In this document: positions 13,812 through 27,209 of the stretch, piece after piece
Numbering within the stretch: the first letter of the stretch is position 1
How the letters are laid out: each line of letters opens with the position of its first letter
Source of the DNA: the human T2T-CHM13v2.0 reference genome, Homo sapiens
Reading direction: 5' to 3' (one strand)
DNA: 64,000 nt
NCBI RefSeq assembly: GCF_009914755.1
Contig: NC_060926.1
Notes under the pieces: model-generated
The model's input: the letters and a program-made list of their open reading frames with translations, nothing else
Told to the model about the DNA's origin: nothing
The model's database searches: none
Position numbers and translations under genes: made by a program

Positions 13812-14045
13812 ATAGTATGTTCTAAGAGATGGGATTTGGAGCCATACAGATCTAGATCTTTCACTTACTGTGTGACCTTGGGCAAGTTACTTAACTTCTC
13901 TAAGCTTAAATTTCCTGACCTATGAAATGATAAATGTGCCCACCACATTGTTCTATCTGGGATGTTTATTGAAATAAGCTATCCAGAGTTTGGCTGGATG
14001 GCAAGCAGACAATTAAACACCCCAAAATTAGTAGCTATTGTTATT
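13812..14045 (+). mobile_element. MIR
   Basis: cacttactgtgtgaccttgggcaagttacttaacttctct. Confidence 0.9.
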
Positions 14046-15136
14046 AGCACTAGTTTCATAAGAAAATACATTTGTATAGTTTGAGGAGTTCAGGAAAGTA
14101 AATCTATCCCCTCCCATGAAGTCACATTACTTAAAATTATCGAATTGATAATTCTTTATTTTTTATTGTTGGCTAAATGCAAATGCTACTGGAAGCAGCA
14201 ACACTTTAACTTATTTTCAGCTAACACCTTAGCAGGAATTAAGGTTCTAACAGTAACTGCAGTCAGAAAGACCAGTGACTTCAGACTTTTGAGATGGAAT
14301 GCATGAGTGACTCAGAAGTAAAGCAAAAGGAGGTACAGAGATGTCGGAAAGGGAAATAGAAGGACACAAAGTAAATGTCACTGTCTTTATCATTTTGCCA
14401 GGGATGTCTCACCACGAAAATCTAGGTCGAAAGCTTGCCTCTAGGGGTATAACCATTGACAAAGGAATTATTGGGTTTGGTAGTTTTGTTTTCAAGCTGT
14501 GTAAATATACACAAAGATAAATAGTGATTTTGGTTATTTTGACCACTATAAATTACTTGGCTAAAATCATCCACAGTGAGGCAAAGGGAATTGGGTTGAT
14601 CATGCTTCTGTTTTAGCCTGAATTATCAGTATAAATACAGTGTCCATTGCTGGCAGGGGTCTGATGTGCTATAAAGAATTCTGCCCATGAGCAAAAGTGA
14701 CAGGGGAGAAATGAGCAGCTGAGGCTTTGCAGTGTTTTCTCGGAACATAGAGGACACGGACCATTTGAAAATCTTGTAAAAACTATGGCTTACATGATTG
14801 TAACAACAGATCAGGCTCAAGGAGGAAAATAGGGAAGCTGGCACAAGAATTCTTTAAGAGAGTGTCACATTTTGAACAATACGTTTATACTGCATTTTCA
14901 CTTGGCGTTTGCATTGGTTAAAACCAAATCAAACTGGAGGCCTTACATGTGGTTAATAGGGAATCATTAGTTGTTGCTTATCCCACTTTATTCCACAATT
15001 TCAGCTTCTTTCAAATCTTACCTCTCACCCTCAGTTATTTTGTAGTTCTTCAAATGTGCCTCATGCTGGCTTTTGTTCTAGAAGAAAGTGGTTTTAGGTA
15101 CTCTGAACAATTTTTCTGAGAGAGTTAAAAAGCAGT

Positions 15137-15669
15137 TGTGGCAAACGGACACTAAGGTGGCCCCTCTGATCCTCACTTGCTTTACTTTCACCTTTGTGTC
15201 ATCCCCTCACCTTTAGTGTGGGCAGAATCTGTGACTTGCTTCTAACCAACCGAATATGGCAAAAGTTGCTTCTGTGAACGTGGTACCTAAGATTGTATCA
15301 TATGTTTGCTAGGAGACACTTTCCCTCTTTGGCTTTGATGAAGTTGGGGAGGGCAGTGAAGCAAGGAACTGAGGGCAGTCGCCAGGCAACAGTCAGTGAG
15401 GAAGTGAGGGCAGCCTCTAGTTGGCAGCCAGCGAGAAACTGAAGCCCTCAGGACCTGAGTCCTGCTAATGACCACAGGAGGTTAGACGTGGATCATTCCC
15501 CAATTCAGCCCCATCTGAAAACTGGCCCTGGTGACACTCTTCAGGCTTGGAGAAAACGCAGTTGAGCTAATTCTCACAACCACAGGAAACTGTGAGCTAA
15601 TAAGCGTGTGTTGTTTTAAGTCACTGAGTTTGTGATAACATTGTTAGGTAGCAATAGATAACTAATACA
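15137..15669 (+). mobile_element. MaLR solo LTR, MLT1F-like
   Basis: tgtggcaaacggacactaaggtggcccc...gtgacttgcttctaacc...gcaatagataactaataca. Confidence 0.88.
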
Positions 15670-17363
15670 CTGGTAGTGAGTAAATTTTTGTAAAAATTAT
15701 GATTTTAAATGTATTGCTGAGCTGCTACAGAAAGAATCCATAGATCAAAAATAAAAATAAAAATAAGAACCTTCAAATTAAAGCTGAATTTCACCCTGTG
15801 GATTTATTTAATACCCTGAATATGTTGAGTTTTGCTTTGACTTTTGCATGGGGCACTGACCAAGAAAAAAAAAATTCTAGGGATTTGCCATATAGAGAAA
15901 TACAACAAGACATCCTTGAAAAAAAAAAAAAAACTAGTTGAATCTGCTATGTAAAAAGAACAACAAATAAATAGCAACTAGTTGAATCTGCTATGTAAAA
16001 AAGAATAACAAACAGCAAGAGCAACAAACAGAAAAGTGCAATAAAGAAAATTGCCTTTCTCTAACTTGGCACTTAGAATAAAAGTAAATAATCTTTTCTG
16101 AGCCTGTTTCCTGTGAGTTTTGGGTCCAAATTCATGTTAGTTACGTAGTCTGAAAATTCTTTAGTGGACAACTCACAGTAATCAAGATAGTTAGTTTCCC
16201 AGGAGACTGGAACATGTAAATCCTATACAGGAAATTGAACTTCAATCTAGGCATTAAAGAATTTTGATAGATAAAATTCCAATGAAATGAGCTATTCGCA
16301 GTAAAAAAAAAAAAAAAAAAAATACAAAAACACACAGTGAAACAAAACACAAGGAGGGAGAACCAGCAGAAACAGCAATAGTGAAAATAGAAAAACACTT
16401 CAAATATAAGGGTTGTCAATTACAAAACATTACACATGATGTTTAAAATAAAAATACAATGTCAAAATTTGAAAATACAAGCAAAAAACAAGAAACTGTA
16501 AGTAAAAAGCAGATTTGAGATACAAAATAGATTTTCTAGAAATTAAGCACATTAAACTCATTAGATTAAGAGTAATTGGTGAACTAAAAATAGATCTGAA
16601 GAAATACTCAGAATAAAATCAATAAAGAGAATACAATATGACAGCTTAGTGATAAAGAAAATAGAATGAGTAGGTCTAATATATTACTATATTAAATAAA
16701 AAACTAGTAGCATGCAATTAAAGCAGTACTTTAGAAAATATATGGCCTTAAAGCCTTACATTAAGAAAGAAAAAAAGACTCAAAATTTATAAACCAAGCC
16801 TCTAGTATACAAAGAAGTTATAAAAAAATTACTTCAAAATAAATTCAAAGAAAGTAGAAGTAAGGAAACAAAGAGAAATATCAACACTTAATTTTTAAAA
16901 AACCCTAAATGTATTAAAAAAAGATTATTAAATCCAATAAGATAAGTTTATTAAAGATTACTAAATAAAAAGATAAGATTGTTAAAGATAAGATTATTAA
17001 ATCCAATAAGTTTATCAAGAAAATAAACTTGATAAGAATTCTTGTTGAAATGTATCAAGAAAAAGAGAACTCAAAAACGGTAGAATAAGAAATGATACGC
17101 AAGAAACAGGTATTGCCAATGCTAAACAATTAAAGGATATTATGAATAACCTAACATGCCAAGTAATCTGTAAAATTAAATGAAGCTAATAAATTACCAG
17201 AAAAATAAAACATAAACAAATGTATGTCAGAAGAAATAGAGAACTGTCTTTTCAGAATTATATCATTATTTAAAATATTTCCTGAAAATCATTTCAGGCC
17301 CAAATACCTTTAAAAATAAATTTTATCAAATATTTAAAATACATATAACTCCAGCCTCACCTA

Positions 17364-17669
17364 TTTTTTTATTTTTTATTTTTTATTGAGACTGATTCTC
17401 ACTCCATTGCCCAAGCTGGAGTTCAGTGGCACCATCTTGGCTCACTGTAACCTCCACCTCCTGGGTTCAAGCAGTTCTCCGGCCTCAGCCTCCCGAGTAG
17501 CTGGGATTACAGGCACGTGCCACCACACCTGGCTAATTTTTGTATTTTTAGTAGAGATGAGGTTTCACCATGTTGGCCAGGCTGGTCTCAAACTACTGAC
17601 CTCACGGGATTTGCCCACCTTGGCCTCCCAAAGTGCCGGGATTACAGGCGTGAGCTATCCCACGTGGCC
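17364..17669 (-). mobile_element. AluS
   Basis: Full-length antisense Alu. Confidence 0.95.
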
Positions 17670-18380
17670 CAATTTTCCCTATATTCTTGAAGGAGATAGA
17701 AAAAGAGAAAATACTCCTTCTTTCACTGATGAGGCTAAAATAGGTTTTATAGCAAAACCAAACAAGGGCAAAGCAAAAGAAATTACAGGCTTATCACACT
17801 CATGAACAACACTGCAAAAATCCTATGGGGAATACTGAAATCTTGAAGATAATGCATTATTACCAACTTGGGTTAACTGCACAAATCCAGGGATAATTTA
17901 ATATGTTAATATGTGAAAACTGAAGAAACTGGTTCACTATATTAATAGATTAAAGGAGAATAAATATGTAGTAATCTGAAGTGATGTGACAAAATTAAAC
18001 TTCTCATAAAATTTAACATCTACTTATAACAAAATTCTTGAAAATTAGATGGAAGAGAATTTTCACAATCAAAGAGGATTCACAAATACAAAGAAACAAA
18101 CAAAGCTACAGAAAACAATGTAGGTAATGCCCAGTGTACTTCTTCTAATCAATATTATGTTAAATGTCCTAGCAATGCAGTAAAGACAAATAAAAACAAA
18201 AAAGGAAAGATATTGACAAGTAAAAATGAAGTAGTTGTTGTTTGAAAGTAATGTAGTAATCTAAACAGAAAATTCAAAATAATTCAGGGATAATTTATGA
18301 AAATTTACAAATGAATTTTGTGAAGTTGCTGCATTCATGGTTAATTAATAATTTATTACATTTCTGCATGCTGCCAGCAG

Positions 18381-18703
18381 TAGTCAATGATATTACTGAT
18401 ATGCGTGTGTGTGAGTATATACACATGTATATATACATACATATATATCTGTACATACAGATGTATATGCACATACATATATATATACATCTATATATAT
18501 ACACCCACACACCCACCCACACATATATGTATTTAAAACATAGACAATAGTCAATTACATTACTGATATGTGTGTATGTGAGAATACATATACACATTTA
18601 TATACACATATATCTGTATATACAGATATATACACACATACACATATATATACATATGCACTCACACATTCACACACACATATATATATTTAAAACATAG
18701 GCA
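18381..18703. repeat. Two-copy tandem duplication (period 167 bp) containing TA/CA microsatellite
   Basis: tagtcaat.a.attactgatatg at 18381 and 18548; both copies end tatttaaaacatag.ca. Confidence 0.9.
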
Positions 18704-19200
18704 TAAGTTTTAAAAAATATGCCAATTTTTCATGGAAAAAACATAAACCTAAATAACATTTTAAAATACCAAAATAAGTTTGTATATAAAGATAGATGTC
18801 CATCTACAGAAAACATTAATGATACAATGATATCAATATTCCCCAACATAATATATGGGTTCAATGCAGTTCCAATCCAAACAGCAATAGAAATTCAAAA
18901 AGCCAAATTAATGTAGTATTTTTGTAGATAAAGACAAAAGACCAATAGAACAAATTAGAAAGTCCCAAAACAAATTTTACATATTTGGAAACTAGATTTC
19001 TATCAGAGCAGGTATTCCAGATTTATGAACATAAAATTAACTATTAAATTATTGAAGTGTTAATGTTTGCAACTCATATGGAAAAAAGTAAAATTGTGCC
19101 CCTGTATTGCACTGTATACAAAATGTAATTTAAGATGAATTAGAAACTAAAAAATTTTAGAGGATCTATTATTACCTACAGATAGAGAAAGATTTCTTAA

Positions 19201-19652
<452 letters not shown>

Positions 19653-20382
19653 TAATAAACGTATTGATAAATGCTAGTAGAGTAAAATTAAGAACCCTGT
19701 TCATCAGAAAGCAAATAAAGGAGTAAAAATGCAGAAAGAAGGTTTTTGCAACAGTTATAACTGAATGTATGTGGAACACCTGTGAATATGTAAGAAAAAT
19801 ATAACAGCTCAATAAAGAGAGAAAAGCATCTCACAGAAAGGGAAATGCATGTGGCTCTTAAATATATTTTAAAAAATTAACTTCATTTAAAAAAGAATAA
19901 TCATTCTAAGCAAAAACACCACAGTGAGAATCACTCTAAACCTACCAGACTGGCGAAAATTAAGAAATCAACAATCTAACTTTAGCAAAAATGTAGAGAA
20001 ATGAGAGAACTCATACACTACTGATAAGTATATAAAGTACTATGACCATTCTAGAAAACATTTTGACATTACCCACTGAATTTGAACATGTGCATGCTAT
20101 AAGAGCCAGAAATTCTGTTCATATCTATATTCTTTAGAAAATATATTGTACATCATAGGTAAATACCTTACAGAAAAAATCTTGTGATATGTATATCAGT
20201 GACACCCACAAGAATGCCCATAAGAGCAGTGTCTGTAAGAACAAAAAACCTGAAATAATTACTGTGTCCACCATCAGTAGAATAATAAGTAAAATAAATA
20301 TTTATTCAATAGAAAAAATAGAAAAAAGAATGGGTTGCTAGTGCATGCATCAACTTGGGTTAACCTTCAAAAGATAATCACC

Positions 20383-21334
20383 ATTTTTATGGCTGCATAG
20401 TATTCCATGGTGCATATGTGCCACATTTTCTTTATCCAGTCTATCATTGATGGGCATTTGGATTGGTTCCAGGTCTTTGCTATTGTGAAAAGTGCTGCAA
20501 TAAACATACATGTGCATGTTTCTTTAGAGTAGAATGTTTTATAATCCTTTGGGTATATACCCAGTGATTGGATTGCTGGGTCAAATGGTATTTCTAGTTC
20601 TAGATCCTTTAAGAATCGCCATGCTTTCTTCCACAATGGTTGAACTAACAGTGTAAAAGTGTTCCTATTTCTCCACATTCTCTCCAGCATCTGCTGTTTC
20701 CTGACATATTAATGATTGCCATTCTGACAATCATGAGATGGTGCTCATTGTGGTCTTGATTTGCATTTCTCTAATGACCAGTGATGATGGGCATTTTTTC
20801 ATATGTTTGTTGGCTGCATAAATGTCTTCGTTTGAGAAGTGTCTGTTCATATCCTTTGCCCACTTTATGGTGGGGTTGTTTTTTTCTTGTAAATTTGTTT
20901 AAGTCCTTTGTAGATTCTGGACATTAACCCTTTGTGAGATGGATAGATTGCAAAAATTTTCTCCCATTCTGTAGGTTGCCCGTTCACCCTGATGATAGTT
21001 TCTTGAGTTCATGTCCTTTGCAGGGACATGGATGAAGCTAGAAACCATCATTCTCAGCAAACTAACATAAGAACAGAAAACCAAACACCGCATGTTGCCA
21101 CTCATAAGTGGGAGTGGAACAATGAGAACACGTGGACACTGTGGGGGTGGGGGGCATCACACACTGGGGCCTGTTGGGGGGTGGGGGGCTTGGGGGAGGG
21201 ATAGCATTAGGAGAAATACTAAATGTAGATGACGGATTGATGGATGCAGCAAACCACCATGGCACGTGTATACCTATGTAACAAACCTGCATGTTCTGCA
21301 CATGTACCCCAGAGCTTAAAGTATAATAAAAAAA
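20383..21334. mobile_element. L1PA7/8-like insertion with 5' inversion
   Basis: ~20383-21004 antisense ORF2 end, ~21005-21334 sense 3'UTR plus A-tail; TSD aaaagata(a/t)tcacc at 20369 and 21331. Confidence 0.93.
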
Positions 21335-21915
21335 GATATTCACCCATACATTTGAAATAATGTTGAACAAAAAAGCATATCTCAGAATAATGCATATAGT
21401 AAAAGATTTTAAAACAAGTAAAGCTAAAGCAAAACCAAGTAGTATATTCCTCAGGAATACCTACATAGGTATTAAAATCTGTAAAAAAGAGCAGGAAAAC
21501 GATGCTAATTCACAGTTGTGATTAACGCTGGAAGTTGAAGTGAGAGAGATAACACAAGAAGCCTTACAATACAAATAATGTCCTGTCTCGATCTGGAAAG
21601 TCAGAACCAGTTGGTCATTTATAATTATTCTTGAAACCATAAAGACATATTTTCAATATACTTTACAATTTTAAAAAGTTTCTCTAAAGTTGTATTTACT
21701 ACCACTTGGGACAGGTCATGCTCTTCATCTCCTGATCCTACCTCTTGAGTTATATTTGTTTCTAAGTGCATGGCTCTCTGAGAATGTTAAGGGAGAGTAG
21801 ACTTGTTAGGATTCCATATACTGCCAATAAGCTGCCACGTCTCTGGACATGGCTGCCATCTCCCAGTGCTGCCAATATGCTGGGAAGGATGAGCACCAAA
21901 GCTTCCCTGTGGGCT

Positions 21916-22655
21916 TGTAATCACCTGACAGGACAGGGTCTTCGTTTGTTGCACAGGTAGGGCTACTTCACTGAGACAGTGGTATTGCAGTAGAGAGAGT
22001 TTAATAATTGATGGGCTTGCCAAGTGGAAGGCTGGAAATTTATTACTCAAATCAGCCTCCCTTAAAATTCAGAGGCTAGGGTTTTTCAAGGATAATTCGT
22101 TGTGAATGTTAATTGGTTTGGTCAGGGATGAAACCATAGGAGGTCAAAGGTGTCTCCTTGTACTGAGTCACTTCCTGGGTGGGATCACAAGACCAGTTGA
22201 ATGAGTCTCTTGGTATGGGTTACCAATTCAGGTGGCACCAACCGGCTGGTCCATCAGAATGCAGGGTCTGAAAAATACCTTAAACACCAATCTTAGGTTT
22301 TACTATAGTGATGATATGTATTGGAGCAATTGGGAGGTTATGAACCTTGTGACCTCTGGCTAACTGACTCCGGAGCCATAAATCTAAACTTGTGGCAAAT
22401 TTGTCAGTTTTAAAAAGGCATTTTCAGTCTCTAAGCAAGATGGGGGTTAGTTTCAGGAAGGGATTGTTATCATTTTGGTTTTAAACTATAAACTAAATTA
22501 CTCCCATAGTTAGTTTGGCCCTTGCCCAGGAATAAACAAAAGCAACTTGGAGGTTAGAAGCAAAATGGAGTCAGTTAAATGAGATTTCTTTCACTGTCAT
22601 AATTTTTCTATGTCAGATTTCTCTCACTGTCATAATTTTTGCAAAGGTAGTTTCA
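21916..22655 (-). mobile_element. ERV1 solo LTR, LTR8 family (LTR8A/B-like)
   Basis: Reverse complement begins TGAAACTACCTTTGCAAAAATTATGACAGTGAGAGAAATCTGAC; TG..CA ends; 4-bp TSD ggct. Confidence 0.9.
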
Positions 22656-23154
22656 GGCTCTGGAGCCTTCCTTGCCCTGTAGCAATCATACGTTCCCAAA
22701 AAAATTCAGGGAATGTCTTTCTCCTCCTAGTTACTCTCTGTCCCCTTGGATATCCAACAGTGTTGCTTGCCCAAGGTCTCAGTGAGATTTAGTGCAAATC
22801 AAGCCTACATTTTGTGCCAATATCCTTCTCCTTAGAGTTCCACCTAGAGTCCATGAGATGCACTAAGGGAAATATTTGAATCCAAAGAACTGAATTTATT
22901 CTGAGTTCTCTTGACATTTTTTTCTGAAATATTGGTCCCTAACTAGACCAAGATGGTCAGCTTCATTCCTTTTTTTCATTGGAACATATTTTCTTCCCAG
23001 GGATTTTAGTCTCTTCTGACAAGTAAGCTCCCCTCCCGTCAAAAATCCCCAGAGCTTTCTAAATGTTGGAAGAGGTAGTCTTTCTTTAAAAATAGAGCCT
23101 TGACATACTGTACATGCAAAATACCTTGATTCATTACTGTTGATAATAATACAT

Positions 23155-23480
23155 CAAAGATGCTCCAAATTTCAAAGAGTAGGGAATTAGTGAAATTAAT
23201 TATGGTATATCTACATCATATAATTTTTTCACACTAATTTTTTTCTATGTAGAAGAATTTAAAGATTATGAATCATACAAATTTAAGTATAAATGCAAAT
23301 TACATAGGATGGATACTGTTTGTGAGGCCTTGTGAGTGTGATATGCACGTTTGTGTGTTTGGTAGGATGTACACAAAATACACAAAGTACACAAAGTGTG
23401 CATGTGTATTTGTGTACACAAAGATATTAACAGTAATTATTTCTGGGTATTGAGATTACTGGTAATATTTGCTTTCTATT
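23155..23480 (+). mobile_element. L1ME 3'UTR fragment
   Basis: attatggtatatctaca...aacagtaattatttctggg...gattactggtaat. Confidence 0.55.
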
Positions 23481-24849
23481 AAAAAATAAGATATAATTAG
23501 TTATTTGATTTTTAATTTCTCTTTACTACTAACATCTCTTAAACATATCAAAAGTTGAATTGCAACTTCAAAAATATGATTTGTATATTTTCTTTAATAA
23601 ACACACAATGATCAATGTTTTATTAAGTATAGTCCCTATATACCTAAATATTTATTAAATGGATGAAAAGAGTTAAAAGAAAAATTAGTAACAAAAAACT
23701 TTAAACCGCCAGTAATACCCAAAGGCTTGAAAGAACATCTAATTTTACTGTTGCTCAATATAAAAAGATTTTTTTGTTATTTAACTGAAAGACAACAGGC
23801 AAATCTGCTGAAAGCACTGAGATTAGAATGACAGCATCAGTTTTACCCTTTCTCATTAAAAATAACAATTATTCATGGCACAGAAGTATTTTTTGTGTTA
23901 AAATTAATAATCAGGTACTCTTGTCATTATCATATATACAGAAAAAGAACAATAAATTGGAATTAAACAAATATCAGCCTTGCCCAACCAAGATAATTTA
24001 TATTATTAATATTGATTTTAATTTTTTTATTCTTCCTAATTTTTTTGTTCTATTTTAACAAGATCTTAATCAAGTCAAATATAGAAAAAAAAAGATTCTA
24101 TAGCAAAAAAATACAATTGCAAACCTACACCCAATTACATCTTTCTCATGTCCTGTGAATCCAAGAAGGGCATGAAAAAAACTTGTGGTTGTGCCCGGAC
24201 TCATTTTTGCCATTGTGCAACAGCAGAAGGTACCAAGTAAAAATAAGAAACAAAAAAACAAAATACAACTTTTAGAGCTCTGCCCACTGATGTGCATTCG
24301 GGTAAATATCTACACTGTAAAGTAATGTATTAGATGTTAGATCTAAACAGGTGACAACTGTCCCATGATCTAGGGTAAGCTCTGCCAGAATTTCCTATTA
24401 AACTATCAGTCACCAGACACTAGGTGCCAAATAGACAAAGCTGTACATTTCGTTTCCCAATATGTTATTTCTCAAAACTATAACACACAATGTGTCCTCA
24501 TATACAAGTGCCTAGAAATCATAATAAAAAATGACCACATTTGTCTATATATGAGCCAACATATCAGAGAAACACATGCAATTCGGGGAAAAGAAAATCT
24601 TTCATTCGCTACTGATTATAAATGTGAGTTAAAATCTAAATCAATAAAAACAAACAAATAATACTGTTCTCAGTGTTTCCTGACAGCTATGAATCATAAA
24701 TTAAAATTAATAAAATATACAATATGGATTCTTTTCAAAGTTTTGAATACTGGTTATTAAGAAAGGTCTCTTAAAAGAGGAGCAAGCAATGCTGGAAGTT
24801 CAATGTGGGTCATAGTCAATACTTTAGTTGTACGGAAACATCATTCCAT

Positions 24850-26300
24850 AGTTATTAAGTCACTCAACAAAAGCATCTTATTGTCCAGCACTGTGCTATC
24901 TATGAGACATACAATGATGAGGAGAGTAGAGAAGATCCCTGCCCTCTAGTCTAGTGGGGAAGGCAGACTATTTTCAAATAAACAGATTAAAATCTGTTAT
25001 AATAAGTCAGTATATAACAGGAGGATTTCTTTTTCTTTCTCCTCTGACCTTTTCTTACCTTTTACATTCCCATCTCTACTTCTACCTCTACCAAGTCAGC
25101 TTGTACTTGTGAGAAGGCATACTTGATAAGACAGAAAAAGGATATAAAGACAAAGTTACGGCACACAGTGGCCAATGTTAAGAAAAAAAAATTCTGTTTT
25201 GCAAACAATTTTCTCTGAAAAAAATCTAACAGACCTCACACATCCTCCTAAGACAACAAAACTGAGGAGCTGCTGCTGTCTTATCTCCCTGGGGACAAGA
25301 GCACAGAGCAGGGAAGGGGTGTGTAAAAGACGCTGTTGTGATGGAATGATCGCGAAGGAAGGAAGACCTTAGAATGAGATTCAGAGATATCCAGTTAAAG
25401 TCAGGTAACACATTGAAAATAAGCAACCTTTTGACATTATCCTTTGGTTTCAATGTGAACATAGCAGAGAAACACATATAACCAGGGAAACAATACTTTC
25501 CCTATTTTTTTTTCTGGTTTTGGATCAAATATTGCAGACATAACTAAAGGCATCAAATGTCTCATCATAAAGTAAATACCAATGATTAAAATTAATGGGT
25601 TATAGCCAGATAAGTCAGGGAGGTTTCCTACAGGAAGGGATGTTTTATCTGATACCTGAATGAGAGCAAGTTCAGAAACTAAAAAAAAAAAATTACTGGG
25701 AGGTAAAGGAGACAGGATGACAGGATGAAACTAGAGTCAGTCAGTGACAAGACAACACAGTGCCTTGATGACTACACTAAGGACTTTATTCTTCATCCTG
25801 AGAACAAGAGAAGTCTTTGAAGATTATAATAGGAGATATGACAGGATCATGGAGACTCTATATCCATATGGTCATTCGACTCCAGGTGGAGAGCACTATA
25901 GAGCAAGCTCTGGCTGGAGGCACATAGGCAGAGTGAAAGGTTAGATTGTTGCCCAAGGGAGATGATGGCCTCATGCAGCAAACATGTTAGCAGTGGATAT
26001 AAAGGAAAATAGACTCAAGGGGTATTTGGAAGAGAATTTGACCCAAATGGGTAATGAATTGGAGGTATGAGGAGTAAGAGAAAGGGAAGGCGTGAAGATG
26101 ATTCCTCACTCCTGCCTTATGATCTGGATGAATGCTGGTGCCACTGAGTAAGATGAAGAAAATGAGGCAAGAGTGCATTTGGCAGGGAGATTTTAATCAC
26201 AAATTTGAATACAATGAGCTTAGATGCCTTTGAGATAGCATATCAACATAGAAATGTTGAGTCTGCCACAGAATACTAAGCTCAAGAGTGTTGTGTACAA
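24850..26300 (-). mobile_element. L2 fragments (about 24850-25000 and 25610-26300)
   Basis: atccctgccctctagtctagtgggga; aaggactttattcttcatcctgag; gatgcctttgagatagcat. Confidence 0.7.
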
Positions 26301-26614
26301 GTCAAATGAGGAAGAAGTCAAACGGAAAATTCTGAGATCTGGGTCATGTCTACTGTCCAAGAAGCACCTGCAAAGCCTGGCATTCAGACACCAAGTAGGA
26401 AGCCAATGAGAGAACAATCGAAGTGTCTCAACCTTCATTCTGCTCCCTCTCCTCATCCCTGCTGCCTCCCTATAATCTTCCAGAAGATCCTGCTCAGTCT
26501 TTAAGAACTACTTAAGCACTGCTTAAGAAAACTGAAGTTTCAGAATATTGTCTGAAACTTCGAGAGCACTCTTGCACACTCTCTATATATACATATTATG
26601 TACATGTAAAGATG

Positions 26615-26649
26615 AAAAGTAATGGCAAAAACCGCAATTGCTTTTACAC
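26615..26649 (-). mobile_element. Half MADE1 (Hsmar1 mariner MITE)
   Basis: aaaagtaatggcaaaaaccgcaattgcttttacac, 33/35 to the recalled MADE1 consensus arm. Confidence 0.85.
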
Positions 26650-26650
26650 A

Positions 26651-26678
26651 GTGTGTGTGTGTGTGTGTGTGCGCGTGC
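26651..26678. repeat. (GT)10 plus gcgcgtgc
   Basis: Seen directly. Confidence 0.9.
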
Positions 26679-26802
26679 CTTCAGTTAATCACATTTAATT
26701 CACTTAATTTTACTTAGAGGCAGGACACATTTGCTAAATCAAAAATTTGAACAAAATGTGTGCAAGAAGCTCGGTTAAGGACTGTGGATGGATAAAAAGA
26801 TA

Positions 26803-27045
26803 TAATAATAACAAACATTTGGTGAGTTCCTTCTCTGTGACACTTACTGATCACAGTATTTTACATGTATAAATTCATTTAATCCTTTTAACAACCCCGT
26901 GAGTTGAGTGAAATTGTCCTCTCCTTTTTACAAATGAGAAGAATGAGGAACGGAGTGACTCTATGACTTACACAGCTATTGAATAGCAGATCTGGGATTT
27001 AAAATCAGGCAGACTGGCTCTGAAGCCCATACTTTTAATCACCAT
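26803..27045 (-). mobile_element. MIR
   Basis: tcatttaatccttttaacaaccccgtgag...ctgggatttaaaatcaggcagactggctctgaagccc. Confidence 0.85.
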
Positions 27046-27209
27046 CCTATCATGTCAAATAAGACTTGACAAGTCTTATGATCTTACTAAGAAGATGATA
27101 AAAACATAAAGGATATAATAACATTGAAAAGCCCCTCGTTACTTAAATCGAGGAAGTTCAGGAGATTATTCATATGTATTTAAGTTTAAATTTTCAAGTG
27201 ACTGCACAT

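Noticed and set aside
15932-18703. Direct repeats as a CRISPR-like array or novel system
   Set aside because: Only two-copy local duplications in eukaryotic repeat DNA; no repeat-spacer periodicity and no associated genes
20367-20690. 107-aa ORF with real protein similarity
   Set aside because: Decayed C-terminus of L1 ORF2p within the inverted L1 segment
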